A stretch of DNA of 63,691 bases, counting the filler, from Squatina squatina (Eukaryota): NCBI GenBank assembly GCA_031763465.1. It is 4 parts of 4 records of this genome, joined end to end, with 100 filler letters (N's around TTAATTAATTAA, not from the genome) between each part and the next. Parts side by side here need not be neighbours in the genome. Positions count along the whole stretch, not along the records: positions 1 to 14,474 come from JARFOE010000234.1; 3 more parts are not named here. One strand, written 5' to 3'. This document shows, piece by piece, positions 1-13,745 of the stretch (positions are counted from its first letter, which is position 1; each line of letters opens with the position of its first letter). Below the pieces are notes generated by a model. The model saw only the letters and a program-made list of their open reading frames with translations. It did not search any database and was not told the origin of the DNA. A program made the translations under genes and the position numbers.

Positions 1-832
1 CAAGGTTGCACTGAAACAATTGTTGTGAAGAATGAGTCATTAGGATACAAAAAAATGATCACAGCTGTGCTTCAGAATCTAGCCCCTGGACTTGATAAAC
101 TGCCAACTGAAATCTGGAGTCTCCTGCTTCATTACTTGTATACATTTTCAAGGACTGTGAGCAATTTTCTTCACAAAGCAACCGATCAGGATGGTACAGC
201 ATTGGCCATCCCTTTACTAACTAGTGCCAGCACCTTGGAAAGGTGATCTGATCTTGGTTTCATCAGATCGTAGCATCCTCCTACATGTATAGCGATATCA
301 AGGTTTATATCACTGGTTGTGTTTTGATCATTTGATAGTGCTCTATTGGGCAGACCTAGCATTCTTAGAGTTATGGGTAGCTAAAAGGGGTATTTAAAAT
401 CTGTCAACATATCANNNNNNNNNNAACAACTTCTCATGAGTTTCTCAGTTTATAGCAGTGATTTGGGGTGGGGGATGGGGTCTCAGAGGGTCCACAAGGG
501 TCATCATTTGAAATTTGAATTTCTGTCTGCTCACCTGTAATTCCAATAGATTTGTCGGCTGGCTTACTATAGGTAGCTATGAGGCATTGAGCTGTAACCA
601 AGTAAACAATACTGTTCATTTGTCAATCAAAATTATTGGAGGCCATTGGGTCACCAGTTGTGTTGCATTGTTTCACTCACAGCTCATTCTGGCAGTTTTT
701 TTAAGAACATAAGAACATAAGAAATAAGAGCANNNNNNNNNNNNNNNNNNNNNNNNNNNNNNNNNNNNNNNNNNNNNNNNNNNNNNNNNNNNNNNNNNNN
801 NNNNNNNNNNNNNNNNNNNNNNNNNNNNNNNN

Positions 833-1408
833 TGTGTTCTGTCTGTGAGAAGGAGGAGGAGGCGACACGGCAAGGTTGAGTTTGTGTGATAAATAAGGAA
901 ATCGGTCAGATTTTGCCAGCCGGCCGGAGCGGTGCTGAGGGTGCAGCTGGTCACCTTTGGCAGGAGTGGAGAGGAGAGGCGAGACCAGCTTTCGTACCTG
1001 GCCAAACTCCTCCTCCTCCTCCTCCCCACCACATCTTAGCTTCGTGCCAGTCCTGGGACACACTCGCTGCTCGGCCAGCTCACGTTTTCCTGCGCTGAAT
1101 CGAAAGTTTAGACTTGTATTTTTTGTGCCCTGCCTTGCTCCTACTCTTGGATCATCCGCACTGGCAGGCTTGTCCGTTGCACCATCCGTCTGACTACAAA
1201 ACACATCCAAGGATATCCCACTGGAAAATTCACAAATCTTGACTTCAGATTTTTTTTCCTTTTTTTGGGAAACTTGCCATCGGATCTTTAGGCGCGAATA
1301 CCGGCAGACTTTGCGACTTCTCCACATCAGAGGCGTTTTTTTATTCGACAAGTATATGAATGGATCACACGTTACTCCGAGCCTCCTCTCCCTGAGATCT
1401 GCTGCAGT
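833..1408 (+). promoter_or_regulatory. GC/CpG-rich contig resembling a promoter or first exon (gene unidentified)
   Basis: Many CpGs, (GGA)n and (CCT)n tracts, no recognisable repeat. A possible ATG near 1356 (MNGSHVTPSLLSLRSAA) runs into the gap. Confidence 0.35.
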
Positions 1409-4400
1409 NNNNNNNNNNNNNNNNNNNNNNNNNNNNNNNNNNNNNNNNNNNNNNNNNNNNNNNNNNNNNNNNNNNNNNNNNNNNNNNNNNNNNNNNNNNN
1501 NNNNNNNNNNNNNNNNNNNNNNNNNNNNNNNNNNNNNNNNNNNNNNNNNNNNNNNNNNNNNNNNNNNNNNNNNNNNNNNNNNNNNNNNNNNNNNNNNNNN
1601 NNNNNNNNNNNNNNNNNNNNNNNNNNNNNNNNNNNNNNNNNNNNNNNNNNNNNNNNNNNNNNNNNNNNNNNNNNNNNNNNNNNNNNNNNNNNNNNNNNNN
1701 NNNNNNNNNNNNNNNNNNNNNNNNNNNNNNNNNNNNNNNNNNNNNNNNNNNNNNNNNNNNNNNNNNNNNNNNNNNNNNNNNNNNNNNNNNNNNNNNNNNN
1801 NNNNNNNNNNNNNNNNNNNNNNNNNNNNNNNNNNNNNNNNNNNNNNNNNNNNNNNNNNNNNNNNNNNNNNNNNNNNNNNNNNNNNNNNNNNNNNNNNNNN
1901 NNNNNNNNNNNNNNNNNNNNNNNNNNNNNNNNNNNNNNNNNNNNNNNNNNNNNNNNNNNNNNNNNNNNNNNNNNNNNNNNNNNNNNNNNNNNNNNNNNNN
2001 NNNNNNNNNNNNNNNNNNNNNNNNNNNNNNNNNNNNNNNNNNNNNNNNNNNNNNNNNNNNNNNNNNNNNNNNNNNNNNNNNNNNNNNNNNNNNNNNNNNN
2101 NNNNNNNNNNNNNNNNNNNNNNNNNNNNNNNNNNNNNNNNNNNNNNNNNNNNNNNNNNNNNNNNNNNNNNNNNNNNNNNNNNNNNNNNNNNNNNNNNNNN
2201 NNNNNNNNNNNNNNNNNNNNNNNNNNNNNNNNNNNNAGCAGTTTTACATTTAAAATGTGTCTTGTATTTTACAGGGACTTTGTATAACTTTGATCACTTT
2301 TTGTAGTTTATAGTTGCTCATTTATCACATTTTTATTTCCCAATGCGGCAACTATATTTATTGAAACGTTCTACCTGTAGAATAATTCACCATGGTAATT
2401 TTGCTTTTTAAAATTAAGCTCCTGAGGGTGGCTGAAATACAGAGCAATATTTGCAAGAGTCTTACAACATTTATTTTTTATTTCTATGTAAAATGATTCA
2501 GCCTGGAAGTAAAGCAGGGTTTAGATTTGAGGAGTAAATGCTGAATCATCTACCATTGGAAGGGCAGGTTTTTGAGGGGAAAACACTGCAATTGTTTGTA
2601 GAAGTGATTATATATACAATAATCTATTAAAGAAAATATCTCAAAAGAATGCTGTGTGTGAATAAAAGATATTCAGATAATAGTTTAACATATATATAAA
2701 AAAACTAAAAATTAAGGAAGTTGCACTTCAGATGCTAGACAAGATACATTTAGAATATTTTGTTCATTTAATTATTTTGCTAACTAGCCACAATTAAACT
2801 TTTTATATTTATCTCTTTTAAGTTTTTGCGTCCATGCTTTGATAGGTACAGACAAAAAATGAGTCTGAAACATATCCCTCTTCTAATATTGGAATTTTAA
2901 TTTTAATTAATTGCTCAAATAATTGCTATAAATATTAATATGCTCTTAACAGAATATGCTTTGATTGACAATTGTGAAGGCTGCACCCTCTCTGTAAAAT
3001 TAATTAACTTTTGCTTTCAAGATAGTGGTGCGTAAGAACAGTCAGGATTCCTTTTGTAAAAGGTGTGTTAAATTAATACCAGAAAGCATCCAGTAATAAT
3101 GATCCCAGTCCCAAATTTATACATCTGCCTGTTTTAAGTGACATTTCTTTGTTATAGTTTGTTGGTTATATTTACAGTGATTTTTTTTAATGTATTGGTA
3201 GAAAATGCAACAAAGTAAACCGTTACAATTTATCCAAATTATTGTGCTATAAATGTATTATTGTGCTAATTTTCACTCTGTTTATAGATTTAAAACACTT
3301 CTAATGGACTTTACGGTCTTGGTGGTAAAACTCCTAATTCCTAAAACTACTAAGAGAAAGTACGGCATGGCTAGCTTCTTTAGATAAGTGCAAACTCAAA
3401 TGTGTACCTTTGATTTATAACTGATCAGAAAACTGAAAAGCATACATTTTTAGCTGGAAACAAATGGAAGAGAAGGCGTATTAAGTGTATGAATTGAGCA
3501 TGAAGATGGAAAAATGATGTGGTTTTCGTAATTGAGAACAGTCGTATACTTGTTTTGCTAACACTTTTGTGTTTCCTTCTTTCTGTTTTTTTTGGCGTAC
3601 TGAAAAGATTAACTGAGATAGGTTTGTTTTCCAGAAAATGCCACAGCACAAAAATGCAGTTTGAAATATTTCAGGGGCAAAATGTGCCAGATAAATTTTG
3701 ACAGAACAGGTCATTGAAACAAACAGAAAAATGAAGTTGAAGAATTTAAGAATTCTAATGGTCACTTTTGCAACATTTTGGGACAATGAAGGCTTTGTTC
3801 GCATTCTATTCCCGAGGCCCATTGTTTTTCTGCAAAAAGCAAGTTGCATTTTGAAATTTAGGAGCGTGTTTTGTAGATTATGTATGACATATTCATTAAT
3901 ATCACTTTTTAACATTTGTATAGTAATCAAATGCTGCCTTTTGTTATTTTTCAGTATTCAATAAATGTCAATTGATGGAGAAGCAGTGATGATCTGATGT
4001 AAAATAATTACCAATATATAATTTTAGACTTACTGCAGTTTTTTTTTAACACTACACTTAAAATAATATTACTTGCATTTTCACATAAGATGTAATATTT
4101 TGGCTAAAAGCTGGAGGTGATAATGACTAATTTATATTTGGTAATGATATCTAACATTGAAACATATATAGTTGTGATTTTGTGTTAGGTGAGGAGGACT
4201 CGTGGGGACGTGAAGTCCTTTATGACAATGTTACAGTTAGTTGAAATTTAAATGTTGAATCTCCTTTTAAGTCTGGAAGCTTCAAAGTTATACCTCACTG
4301 TTCTTGTCTATAACTAGAGTGTGCTTTTACTCAGTACCTAGTGAATTGGCCAGCTATTTGCACAGAACAGGTTACATTTCGGTTTCAGCAGGTCGGGAGA

Positions 4401-5423
4401 CCTCGAAACATTCTGTTTATTGATCAGATTTGAATCTTATGCTTTTTTTTAATTAACACAAGCTGAAGCAAAGAAATATGCAACATTTTAGCATAATTTT
4501 ATTGAAATTGTTTTAAGAAATGCAAATGCATTTGAATTGTCTGGTGGGAGTTTTTTTTTATACAAGCCACTATTTTGGCATGGGTAAACACATTTGCATT
4601 TGGACTCAGTTTCTTATCCAAAGTGTCTGAATGTCTTAAAATATAGAGGAAATTTTAGAGGAAAATTGGAAATAAGCAGAAATGCNNNNNNNNNNNNNNN
4701 NNNNNNNNNNNNNNNNNNNNNNNNNNNNNNNNNNNNNNNNNNNNNNNNNNNNNNNNNNNNNNNNNNNNNNNNNNNNNNNNNNNNNCTGAGTATTTCCAGC
4801 TTTTTCTATTTTTATTCCAAAATCACAACGTTCCTTTAGCTGAGTAGAAACAAGGATTATTTTAACTTCTGGACTTGTAATTGGTAAGCTGGCATCCAGA
4901 AGGTGGTTACAATATGTTAAGTGCTTTAAAAAAAATGTTGTAAAACCTGAAATGTGTGGGTTTAGTTTAAAATGCTCAGTTTATAGTTGAAGTATGTTTC
5001 CGTACAGCATCGGTTGGCTATGGCATACCACCAAATAGAGTAACTTGAGCGCAGTTACATTGACTTGACTTTGGCTGTCTCAAGGCAAATGCCACCGGCA
5101 TGGGCAGAAAACTGTAAGATTTTCTTGGCTTGAAAAAGAAAGCTGCGCCAAATCAAAGTTTGCCCTCTTGGATAAAAAAAAAAGCAGAAAAGATATTTGC
5201 TTACTTCTTGTTTGGAGCCAATATTTTTAAGCCGAGTGGCTCATGTGGTGTTTCAAGCTCGCATTAAATTTGTTTCAGGCTTTCAGCATGCAGAAAAAAA
5301 TGTTTATTTTTCGTATTTAATAAGACAAAATAGCTTTAAAACATTTCCCCCACCTCCCGCCTTTACCAACAAAATCTTTCTTTTTTCCATAGAAGCTGAC
5401 AGTGCGCAGGCACATTTTCCCAG

Positions 5424-5606
5424 ATGTTTGGTTCTGTCACTCAGATGAAAGTGGAGAGTGACGCGGATCAACTGGCCCTTCAGGTTACTCTCCCTCTTGT
5501 GCCAATGGAACAGAAAATCCGGCGGGATGTAAGACGGCTGCCGATTCCTTATTGTTTGTTCTGCGCTGCCGCCGAAGGCCAATTTCACCCCAATGTTTTC
5601 TGTCAG
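5424..5606 (+). CDS. Candidate alternative first coding exon of NFIB
   Basis: CpG-rich open frame M(FGSVTQM)KVESDADQLALQ...NVFCQ ends at CAG|GTTACA in phase 0, compatible with the phase-0 DEFHPF exon. The donor is weak. Confidence 0.35.
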
Positions 5607-6069
5607 GTTACATTGTAGAAATCAATGTGGCATTTGTAGAATGAACACAATTTACATATTTAATCCAGTCTAATTAATCTACCTTTTGAGGCATGGCATT
5701 CTGCAAGCCACTGTGATTTTTAGTTCTAACATCCAGTTCCCCACTGTGAAAATCAAATGGTAAATACTGGAGAAATCGAGTGTGCCTAAGATCTTACAAA
5801 TCGGGGTTACGGTGCTTTATATCTTTGCTGCAAGATATTAACATAGTAAAAGATAAAACATTTTCACCCAAGGTTAATTGGCATGTGATGGTTTCTTTTT
5901 TTTTCATTCTTGTCGTAGCATTTGTTGTGCAAATTATAATGAGAATGCAAAGGACAGTCCAATTTCTTAGGAGGTACACCAGGTAACATGACTGTGTTGA
6001 AAACGATGCATTTTCTAGTGCACTACTTGTGACTAGTAGGTCAGTTTCAATAAACTACGTACTGTGTTG

Positions 6070-6219
6070 TCCGTGGCTCAGTGGGTAGCACTCTCACCTC
6101 TGAGTCAGAAGGTTGTGTGGGTTCAATATCCCACTCCAGAGATTTGAGTGCAAAAATCTAGTCTGATGCTCCAATGCAGTATGGATGGAGTGCTTCACTG
6201 TCGGAGGTGCCATCTTTCA
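6070..6219 (+). mobile_element. tRNA-derived SINE 5' part (SacSINE1/DeuSINE-like)
   Basis: A box TGGCTCAGTGGG and B-box-like GGTTCAATATCC; same family as 49637-50082. Confidence 0.8.
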
Positions 6220-7632
6220 NNNNNNNNNNNNNNNNNNNNNNNNNNNNNNNNNNNNNNNNNNNNNNNNNNNNNNNNNNNNNNNNNNNNNNNNNNNNNNNNN
6301 NNNNNNNNNNNNNNNNNNNAGAACAGAGCTGTTATTCATGCCAATGGAAGGTTGTGGCTTAACTCTTTAGTGTCTTATTATTTTATATAAAACCACCAAG
6401 GCTGTGTTAAATTTTATTTTGATTTTAATTTGCTGCTTTTAAAAATAAATGATATACAGAAATCAAATTATAAATTTTTACATGTGCATTGCGTTTGTGC
6501 AGCCGACTATTTTACAGGGTTGTATTTTTTTTTAATTAAAGAGGGTAGAATAATGCAGCATAACATGTTGGAATCTGTTGAAATTTAAGTATCTGTTGAG
6601 GCAATGGAAGTGTTAAGCTGCACCCAGTAAACCTGACTGTTCACAGTCAAAAATGTAAAGCTTTTACTTTTTAAAACGTAAATAATTAAGTGAAATAAAG
6701 AGTTTTAATTTGGCGAGGAGTGCATATACACTTTAAAAAGAATGGTTCATTAGAGCTGCCAGATAATATATAAAGTGCTGTTTAAAATATAATTTTAAAC
6801 AAACTTATGCTGGCACCCCAGTCACGGCATGCAAGAGCACAAAGAATCTCCATTGCGTGCCAAGTTGCCATTTTTCATTGTCTAGCACCAGCTATATTTT
6901 AAAAGGTTTTAGAATAACTACTGCATGTGATCGGTGCAGCAAATTAACTGGCATTGTGGGGCCTCATAGTCCACCCTGAAATTGCACTTCCATTGAGCAT
7001 ATTTGTTCTGTTGCAAAAACTGCAAGGTTTAAAACTGAAAGCAGAAATTGTCTGAAGCATCGACACTTCTGGTAGGGACTTTCACATCCGTACTTTTTTT
7101 CCCTACCTAACTGTCTGACATTTCAAACAAGAGTAAACCTCCTTTTCTCTGCTTCCCCCCACCCACCCTCCTCACCCTACAACTGATTGTGTAAAGGTTT
7201 CTGTAGTTACTGACTAGAATGGAACGACAGTACAGGAATGTCCAAAGATTTGATGAGAATTAGGACTCGATGTATTGGCGCATGCTCTGTTGCTTCCAGT
7301 GCTATCTTGCTGAGAGCATGCTGAAAAGCGGGATCTATAGGTGATCTAAAGGCTCTGCCTGGCTTAGGATTTAGCTACGTATCTCCATGGTGTGAGGAGA
7401 AAAACACATTGCTGCTGTGTTTGCCATAGTCCATCTGACACTATTGAACTTCTTTGGTTACTTGCTTTAAAATGGTATTTATTGTTTTGCTCAGATATCA
7501 AAGTACAGTTCCCTATTCCCAGCTGCGTAAATGTTATTGTTTGGCTTTCCTTAAATGTAGAAAATATAATTCCCTTTTTGTAAAATCATGCTAAACCAAA
7601 GTAGAATTATGCCAACTTATTTAGATATCTGA

Positions 7633-8247
<615 letters not shown>

Positions 8248-10298
8248 NNNNNNNNNNNNNNNNNNNNNNNNNNNNNNNNNNNNNNNNNNNNNNNNNNNNN
8301 NNNNNNNNNNNNNNNNNNNNNNNNNNNNNNNNNNNNNNNNNNNNNNNTTCAGTGAGTGACACGACAGGCTGACTATCACATCTGTCACTCCTACTGATCT
8401 TGAGGATGACATGGGGCAGTTGGATCTAGCAGTGCATTTGTAGAACTATTTTTTTCCCCATAATCCCTCAAGGATTAAAAGCAAAATGTGTTAAGATTGG
8501 GGGAAGAAAATAACATTGAGACAATGTGATGTTGTAACACTTCTCTCATACTACAGGAAAGCTGCAACTAGTTAGCTATTGGAAATGACTGATGCCTCTT
8601 CATGTCACTGTTTTGAGCTGGTTAGGCTGTGACATCCCTGTGTCCCAGATATATCAGCTTTAATTTGTTACAGCACGGTCAGGGCTGTATTTACGAGGCC
8701 TGCTGTCTAACTCCTTGCCTCAGAGTCAGGACCCCTGCAATGAGGAGCAATGTGCCTTGTGGAGCTTAATTGACCAAAGCTGATTTGTTAAAACAGATCG
8801 ATCATGCCCACATTCAGTCCTAAGCCTGATATTACCTGAAGCCCTTGACCTCTGCTGTCTGGGTCATAGAACGGCCGCCAGCCGCCTGACCTCTTCATTG
8901 TTAGCAGTGTCACCATTTCCTTCAATTCTGTGTGGGGATTGCTAACACAAGGGTCACTGATCTGACTTTCCAACCCAGTGGAGTGTAGACATCCCCTGGG
9001 AGCAGTTGTGGCTGTTTGATATAGTTTAGCTGAAGCATTTGCTTTCTTTTGGATGTTGACAGAGTGGTGGACAAATTAGTAAGCTTTCCGTGAGTTGAGG
9101 ATGACGCCAGGATCCTCCCTCAGGGTTATTTTATACTCCATGCTGCTGAGTCCTGGACAGTTCAAAATACTTTGAGCAAATTGGCCGTGTCTTGGAGAGA
9201 TACAGCTGATTACAAGAAGCGGAGATGCCGTATGCAAAATTAGTGAAAAAAATAAACGCAAATTAACCCTTAGAATGCCAAAGGACATTCTCAGTAGGAG
9301 AAAAATCGCTGAGCTGCTTCAACAATCTTTGCAACCAAATGTTACATCAATTATTCAATCTGAGTAATATATATGAGTGGTGGGTAGCTGTCAATCAGTT
9401 GCCAGTTAACTTTCCCAGATACTTGATGTCACAACTTTTTGGAAAGCCCTATTGAATTTATCCACAGGCCATAGATGGAAAATCTGTATAAACAGTGAAG
9501 TATTTGATGTACGCATATATAATCTAAGATAACCACTCATGTCATAATTTAGGAGTTCATGGTATCTGGTCACCCAGCAAGGGTTCAACCTTGTCGAGTG
9601 ATCAATGAGGGTCTATCACGTCTCCTTGGCATTGAGGTGGCACCAAGATGGTATGCCTTTTGATGGAAGATTGGAATCAAGTCTTGCCTTTGTGGCAGAT
9701 AAGTAATCCAATACCTCCAGTGCACTGCAGTGCTGATTGACCAACTATATGGGCTTGTTGATGAGACTGGAGAGGTTGACCTGACATTGTAGGCTTGGAT
9801 TCTTCCCACATGGCTCACGGTAACCCTTAAAGCCAATGTCGCAGCAGAAGGGTGGTCTTAACTGGATAAACTGGAGGAAACTTGCCCCCACTTTGAGCGG
9901 TTTTAGTTGCTTAATTCACTAGCAGCATAAAACTTTGGGGATCCTACAAGCCTTGGCTGTTGCTAACTTGCACCTAAGCTCTTTGAACTTTGAACTTGGC
10001 TATGTGGGGTGGGTCTCTTCATGGCCAACGTGTAGACTCCAGAGCTGACACACATAAACTCAACCTGTGTGGATTTCCCATATAGTTTGGAGCTTCATAA
10101 GCATGGTGATGGGTTTCTGTGCTTATCAGATACCTGGCTAACCAGTAAACTATAAGCTGGACTAGAAATGTGGTTGTGCTGTGGTTGAATACTTGGTCCT
10201 AATGTAAGTTATAATTGAGCCTACGCAGACTGACTGAAGGATTAATTCAGAAAAGTTGATGTATGGTGAACCCTTTCCCTCATTGGGTTAGATACTAT

Positions 10299-10656
10299 GG
10301 CCGAATCTTGGAGGTCGGTAGGGCGCGTTGAGGGGGGAGCTGGAACCTGTCGGGGAAACCTGGGAGAATGGGTTTCCCACAGGCCCTGCCGAATTTAATG
10401 GCAGGCCCTGATTTACCTTTTATTTATTTGTTTCTCATCTGCAGCCAGTCAGATTGACTGGCTGTCTGGCTGTCATGTGGGTAGGCCTGGGGAGCAGAGA
10501 GAGGAAAGCCAGGATCATCGGAGGGGGTCTGGGTCAGGGATCATCGGAGGGGTTTAGGGACAGGGATTGTCGAAGGAGGTTGGGGTCATGGATCTTCAGA
10601 GGGGTACAAAGGCCAGGGATTGTCGGAGGGGGCCAGGGATTGTAGGAGGGGGTCAG
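10299..10656 (+). repeat. GC-rich MITE-like repeat, family A, with G-rich tandem tail
   Basis: Core GGAAACC(T/C)GGGAGAATGGGTTTCCCACAGGCCCTG is shared with 23637-23970 (+) and 20030-20356 (-). Confidence 0.7.
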
Positions 10657-13404
10657 NNNNNNNNNNNNNNNNNNNNNNNNNNNNNNNNNNNNNNNNNNNN
10701 NNNNNNNNNNNNNNNNNNNNNNNNNNNNNNNNNNNNNNNNNNNNNNNNNNNNNNNNCAACCTGGGAAGGGTGTGTTTCACAGCAGAATGCCACAGGGCGG
10801 AATTTGCCAATTAGGCACTTGCTAAATAATGTTAACTTCATTTCAGGCCAGGACTTTTATTCTTCATTTTTTTCATGTGGCTAATTTCTGGAATTGGTTG
10901 GAGATTCACTTGGTTCTGTCATGGCTGCTTCTCTCTGGCATGCAGACATGGCCACAGTTTTACAATCATAATTACAACCAGATGTAAAAAGTACCAGCAT
11001 GACAAAAATATCTCTTATTTACAAGCCTGTCTTATAAAATATGCCACAGCATGACCAATGGCAATTATAGGGTACATTCAAAACTGTACATTCTTTTAGG
11101 CTTGGAATAATTAATGTTTCTCTATGGCTTTTGAGGCATTTAACTCTCTATCTGTCTGAGGTTTTCGGAAACCACAGCCACAGTGGTTAAGCTTTATGTT
11201 CTCAATCTTAAGCTCTTTAAAAAAAAGCTTCCCTATTTCCCTCTGGCTTAGGAATCTGGCTTAGTGCAACCACAATCAACCATTATGATAAAGGACTATT
11301 GCCAGCTTTGCCAATGTCATGTCACAACTTTGTCTTCCCCAACTCCTTCCTGACTGAAAGATTCTGCTCGCAAATCCATCTCTACTATATTCAGAACAGA
11401 ACATTTTCTGGCTGTGTCAATAAATAAAGCTTATTAGTAATGGCAATTCACTGATCTATTTACGAGCTTCATTTTGGATGAGGTTATGCCCTATCAGATG
11501 ATAATTCCTCAAATTCTAGCTGTCTGACTATTCAGCATTTTGCTACAGCGATTTGAGTTCTTAATATCCTTTCAAAATGCCCCCGTTTGTTGCTAATGAA
11601 AACCTATTGGGTATGAATTTTAAATGTGCTTCTATTTGTGATTGATTTTGAGAAATTGATGGGCCTTTTTTGCTCCAGTTTGATTTGTAATTTTGCCATT
11701 GAAGTCCCAAATGAAGAAGAGCTATGTTCACATTGAAGCACAACTGTTTTCAGATGTTATTCCCTCCAGTAATATGCTTAGTAATATCTATTCATATTTT
11801 GGACTAATTTGTAATGCACTGTGATGATTTGCAGCATGCAAGCCACCTGTTTACACAAGATGGAGATGCCATGACATTGATGACCTTCCCTCTGCTGTTG
11901 CTTGGGAAGGTAGTTGGGCTCGATCAAAGTGACAAAGTGTAATTTGGTCTGTTTGCAGTAATGGTGTTTTGGGCAGTCTCCAAAGCTCACAGATGAAGAT
12001 TACACTTTGAAACTACTCAATACATCTTTATTTTATATATTAATTACTTAAAAACTCTTCAGACTCACATATTCCACTGTTTATGGCTAACAAATTTCAG
12101 TACTTTACATGGGATGTTGCTTAAATACTGATTCTATGGCAACAATTTAGGTGGTTCAAAGCTTTTACTATAATCTTGCCTGTTGGGATGTCTTTGTGCC
12201 TTTAATAGATAGATGGGGAAATGTGGGCACGTAAATTCAAAGAACACTTTGATGTGCTTATAATAGGCCATTCAAAGGGATGTCACAACTTTAATTATCA
12301 AATATAAGCTACATCTTTTTATACTTATTGGAATTCACATTCTTATGAATAAAAGCAATCCCTATTATGATTTTAAATTCCTCTCAACTCATTCTTTGTA
12401 GAGTATGATAATTAACATATACTTTCGAAAGAGGCAGCATCTATTCTCCCCATATCGTTCAAACTTGTTAAAGTCAGTCTCGATAGCTGCTTAAAATCTG
12501 CTGGTGGTGTTAAAACGTGAACTGCTGACATGAGACTTAAGGTATGGCTACGGCAAAAATCAGTATGGGTCCTAGCTCATTTGGTGAACTTGATTATGAT
12601 AATGCAGAATCTTTTAAAGACAAAAAGCGGCACTATTCACATTTGACAAATCTGCTTTGAANNNNNNNNNNNNNNNNNNNNNNNNNNNNNNNNNNNNNNN
12701 NNNNNNNNNNNNNNNNNNNNNNNNNNNNNNNNNNNNNNNNNNNNNNNNNNNNNNNNNNNNNCAACTGATTTGATTAGGAGATTTGTTTTTGAATTGTTTA
12801 ACCATTTGCAATGTGCCAACTATTTCCTTCCATGAGACGTACTGTCCCACTATAGCTAGACACTCCAAACTGAGAACTGATAAAACTCACTCAAGTAAGT
12901 TGAGTGGTATGCAACCTGAGGGAAAAGCACTTGCAATGGATTGTAACTGGGGAGAGTCTAATTTAACTTGTGTTTGTTATAGGTGACTCGCTGTCCTGGT
13001 AAAAGCAACTCCATCCTGAGCTGCCAGTATAGCTTCAAGGGGACCAGTGACCTACAGACCTTGGCCCGGTGGGCCTTTTCCTCTGTAATCGAGATCCTGG
13101 AAACTCCAACATTTTGTCTTCAGACCACACACTTTTGGAAAGGAAGCTTGGGTGGGGACATAGGCTGAGATTAATTAAGTGAACACTGTACTCCATTCAG
13201 TACACCAACATTCCCAAAATGCTGTTTCTTCGATTTTTGAAATTGCTTTCTCAGCTCAGAAACTCAACAAGCAGCGACAGGAGGAAATCAACTTGTGAAT
13301 GTGAAAATTCAGCATTTGCTGTTTCATTCCCCTTCTTTCCACCCGCCTCAACAGAATATAAAAACTAACCCTGGGTATCAGTGTGGTCTTAATGTTGATC
13401 TGCA

Positions 13405-13745
13405 TTAACATGGGAGTCTCCCATCTCTGTCCCTGCCTCAGGCCATATGATGCTGAAACCCTCCTCCACGCTTTTGTTACCTCCATACTCGACTATTCCA
13501 ATACTTTCCTGCTGGCCTCCCAACCTCCACCCTCAATAAACTTAAACTCATTGAAACTCTGCCTCCAGTATTCTATCTGGCACCAGGTCACCCATCACAT
13601 CTGTGCTCGCTGGGCTTCCGCTTCACCAACATCTCAAAATTAAAATTCTCGTCCTTGTGTTCAAATCCCTCCATCACTTTGACCCTCTCTAACCACCTAC
13701 AAACCTCCTGAAGTCTGCATTCCTGCATTTCTGACCTCCCATGCA
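13405..13745 (+). mobile_element. L2 LINE ORF2 C-terminal fragment, degenerate
   Basis: AETLLHAFVTSILDYSNT resembles the L2 motif AETLVHAFVTSRLDYCNS. Confidence 0.8.

Noticed and set aside
1-246. Open frame with APGLDKLPTEIW, faintly like a LINE RT motif
   Set aside because: The remainder matches nothing I recognise and it is truncated by the window edge.
1239-2306. Long ORFs in the track (also 44790-45600 and many X-containing ORFs)
   Set aside because: They are open only because they run through N gaps.
6070-6145. tRNA gene
   Set aside because: A/B boxes continue into a SINE body shared with 49637-50082; no clean cloverleaf.
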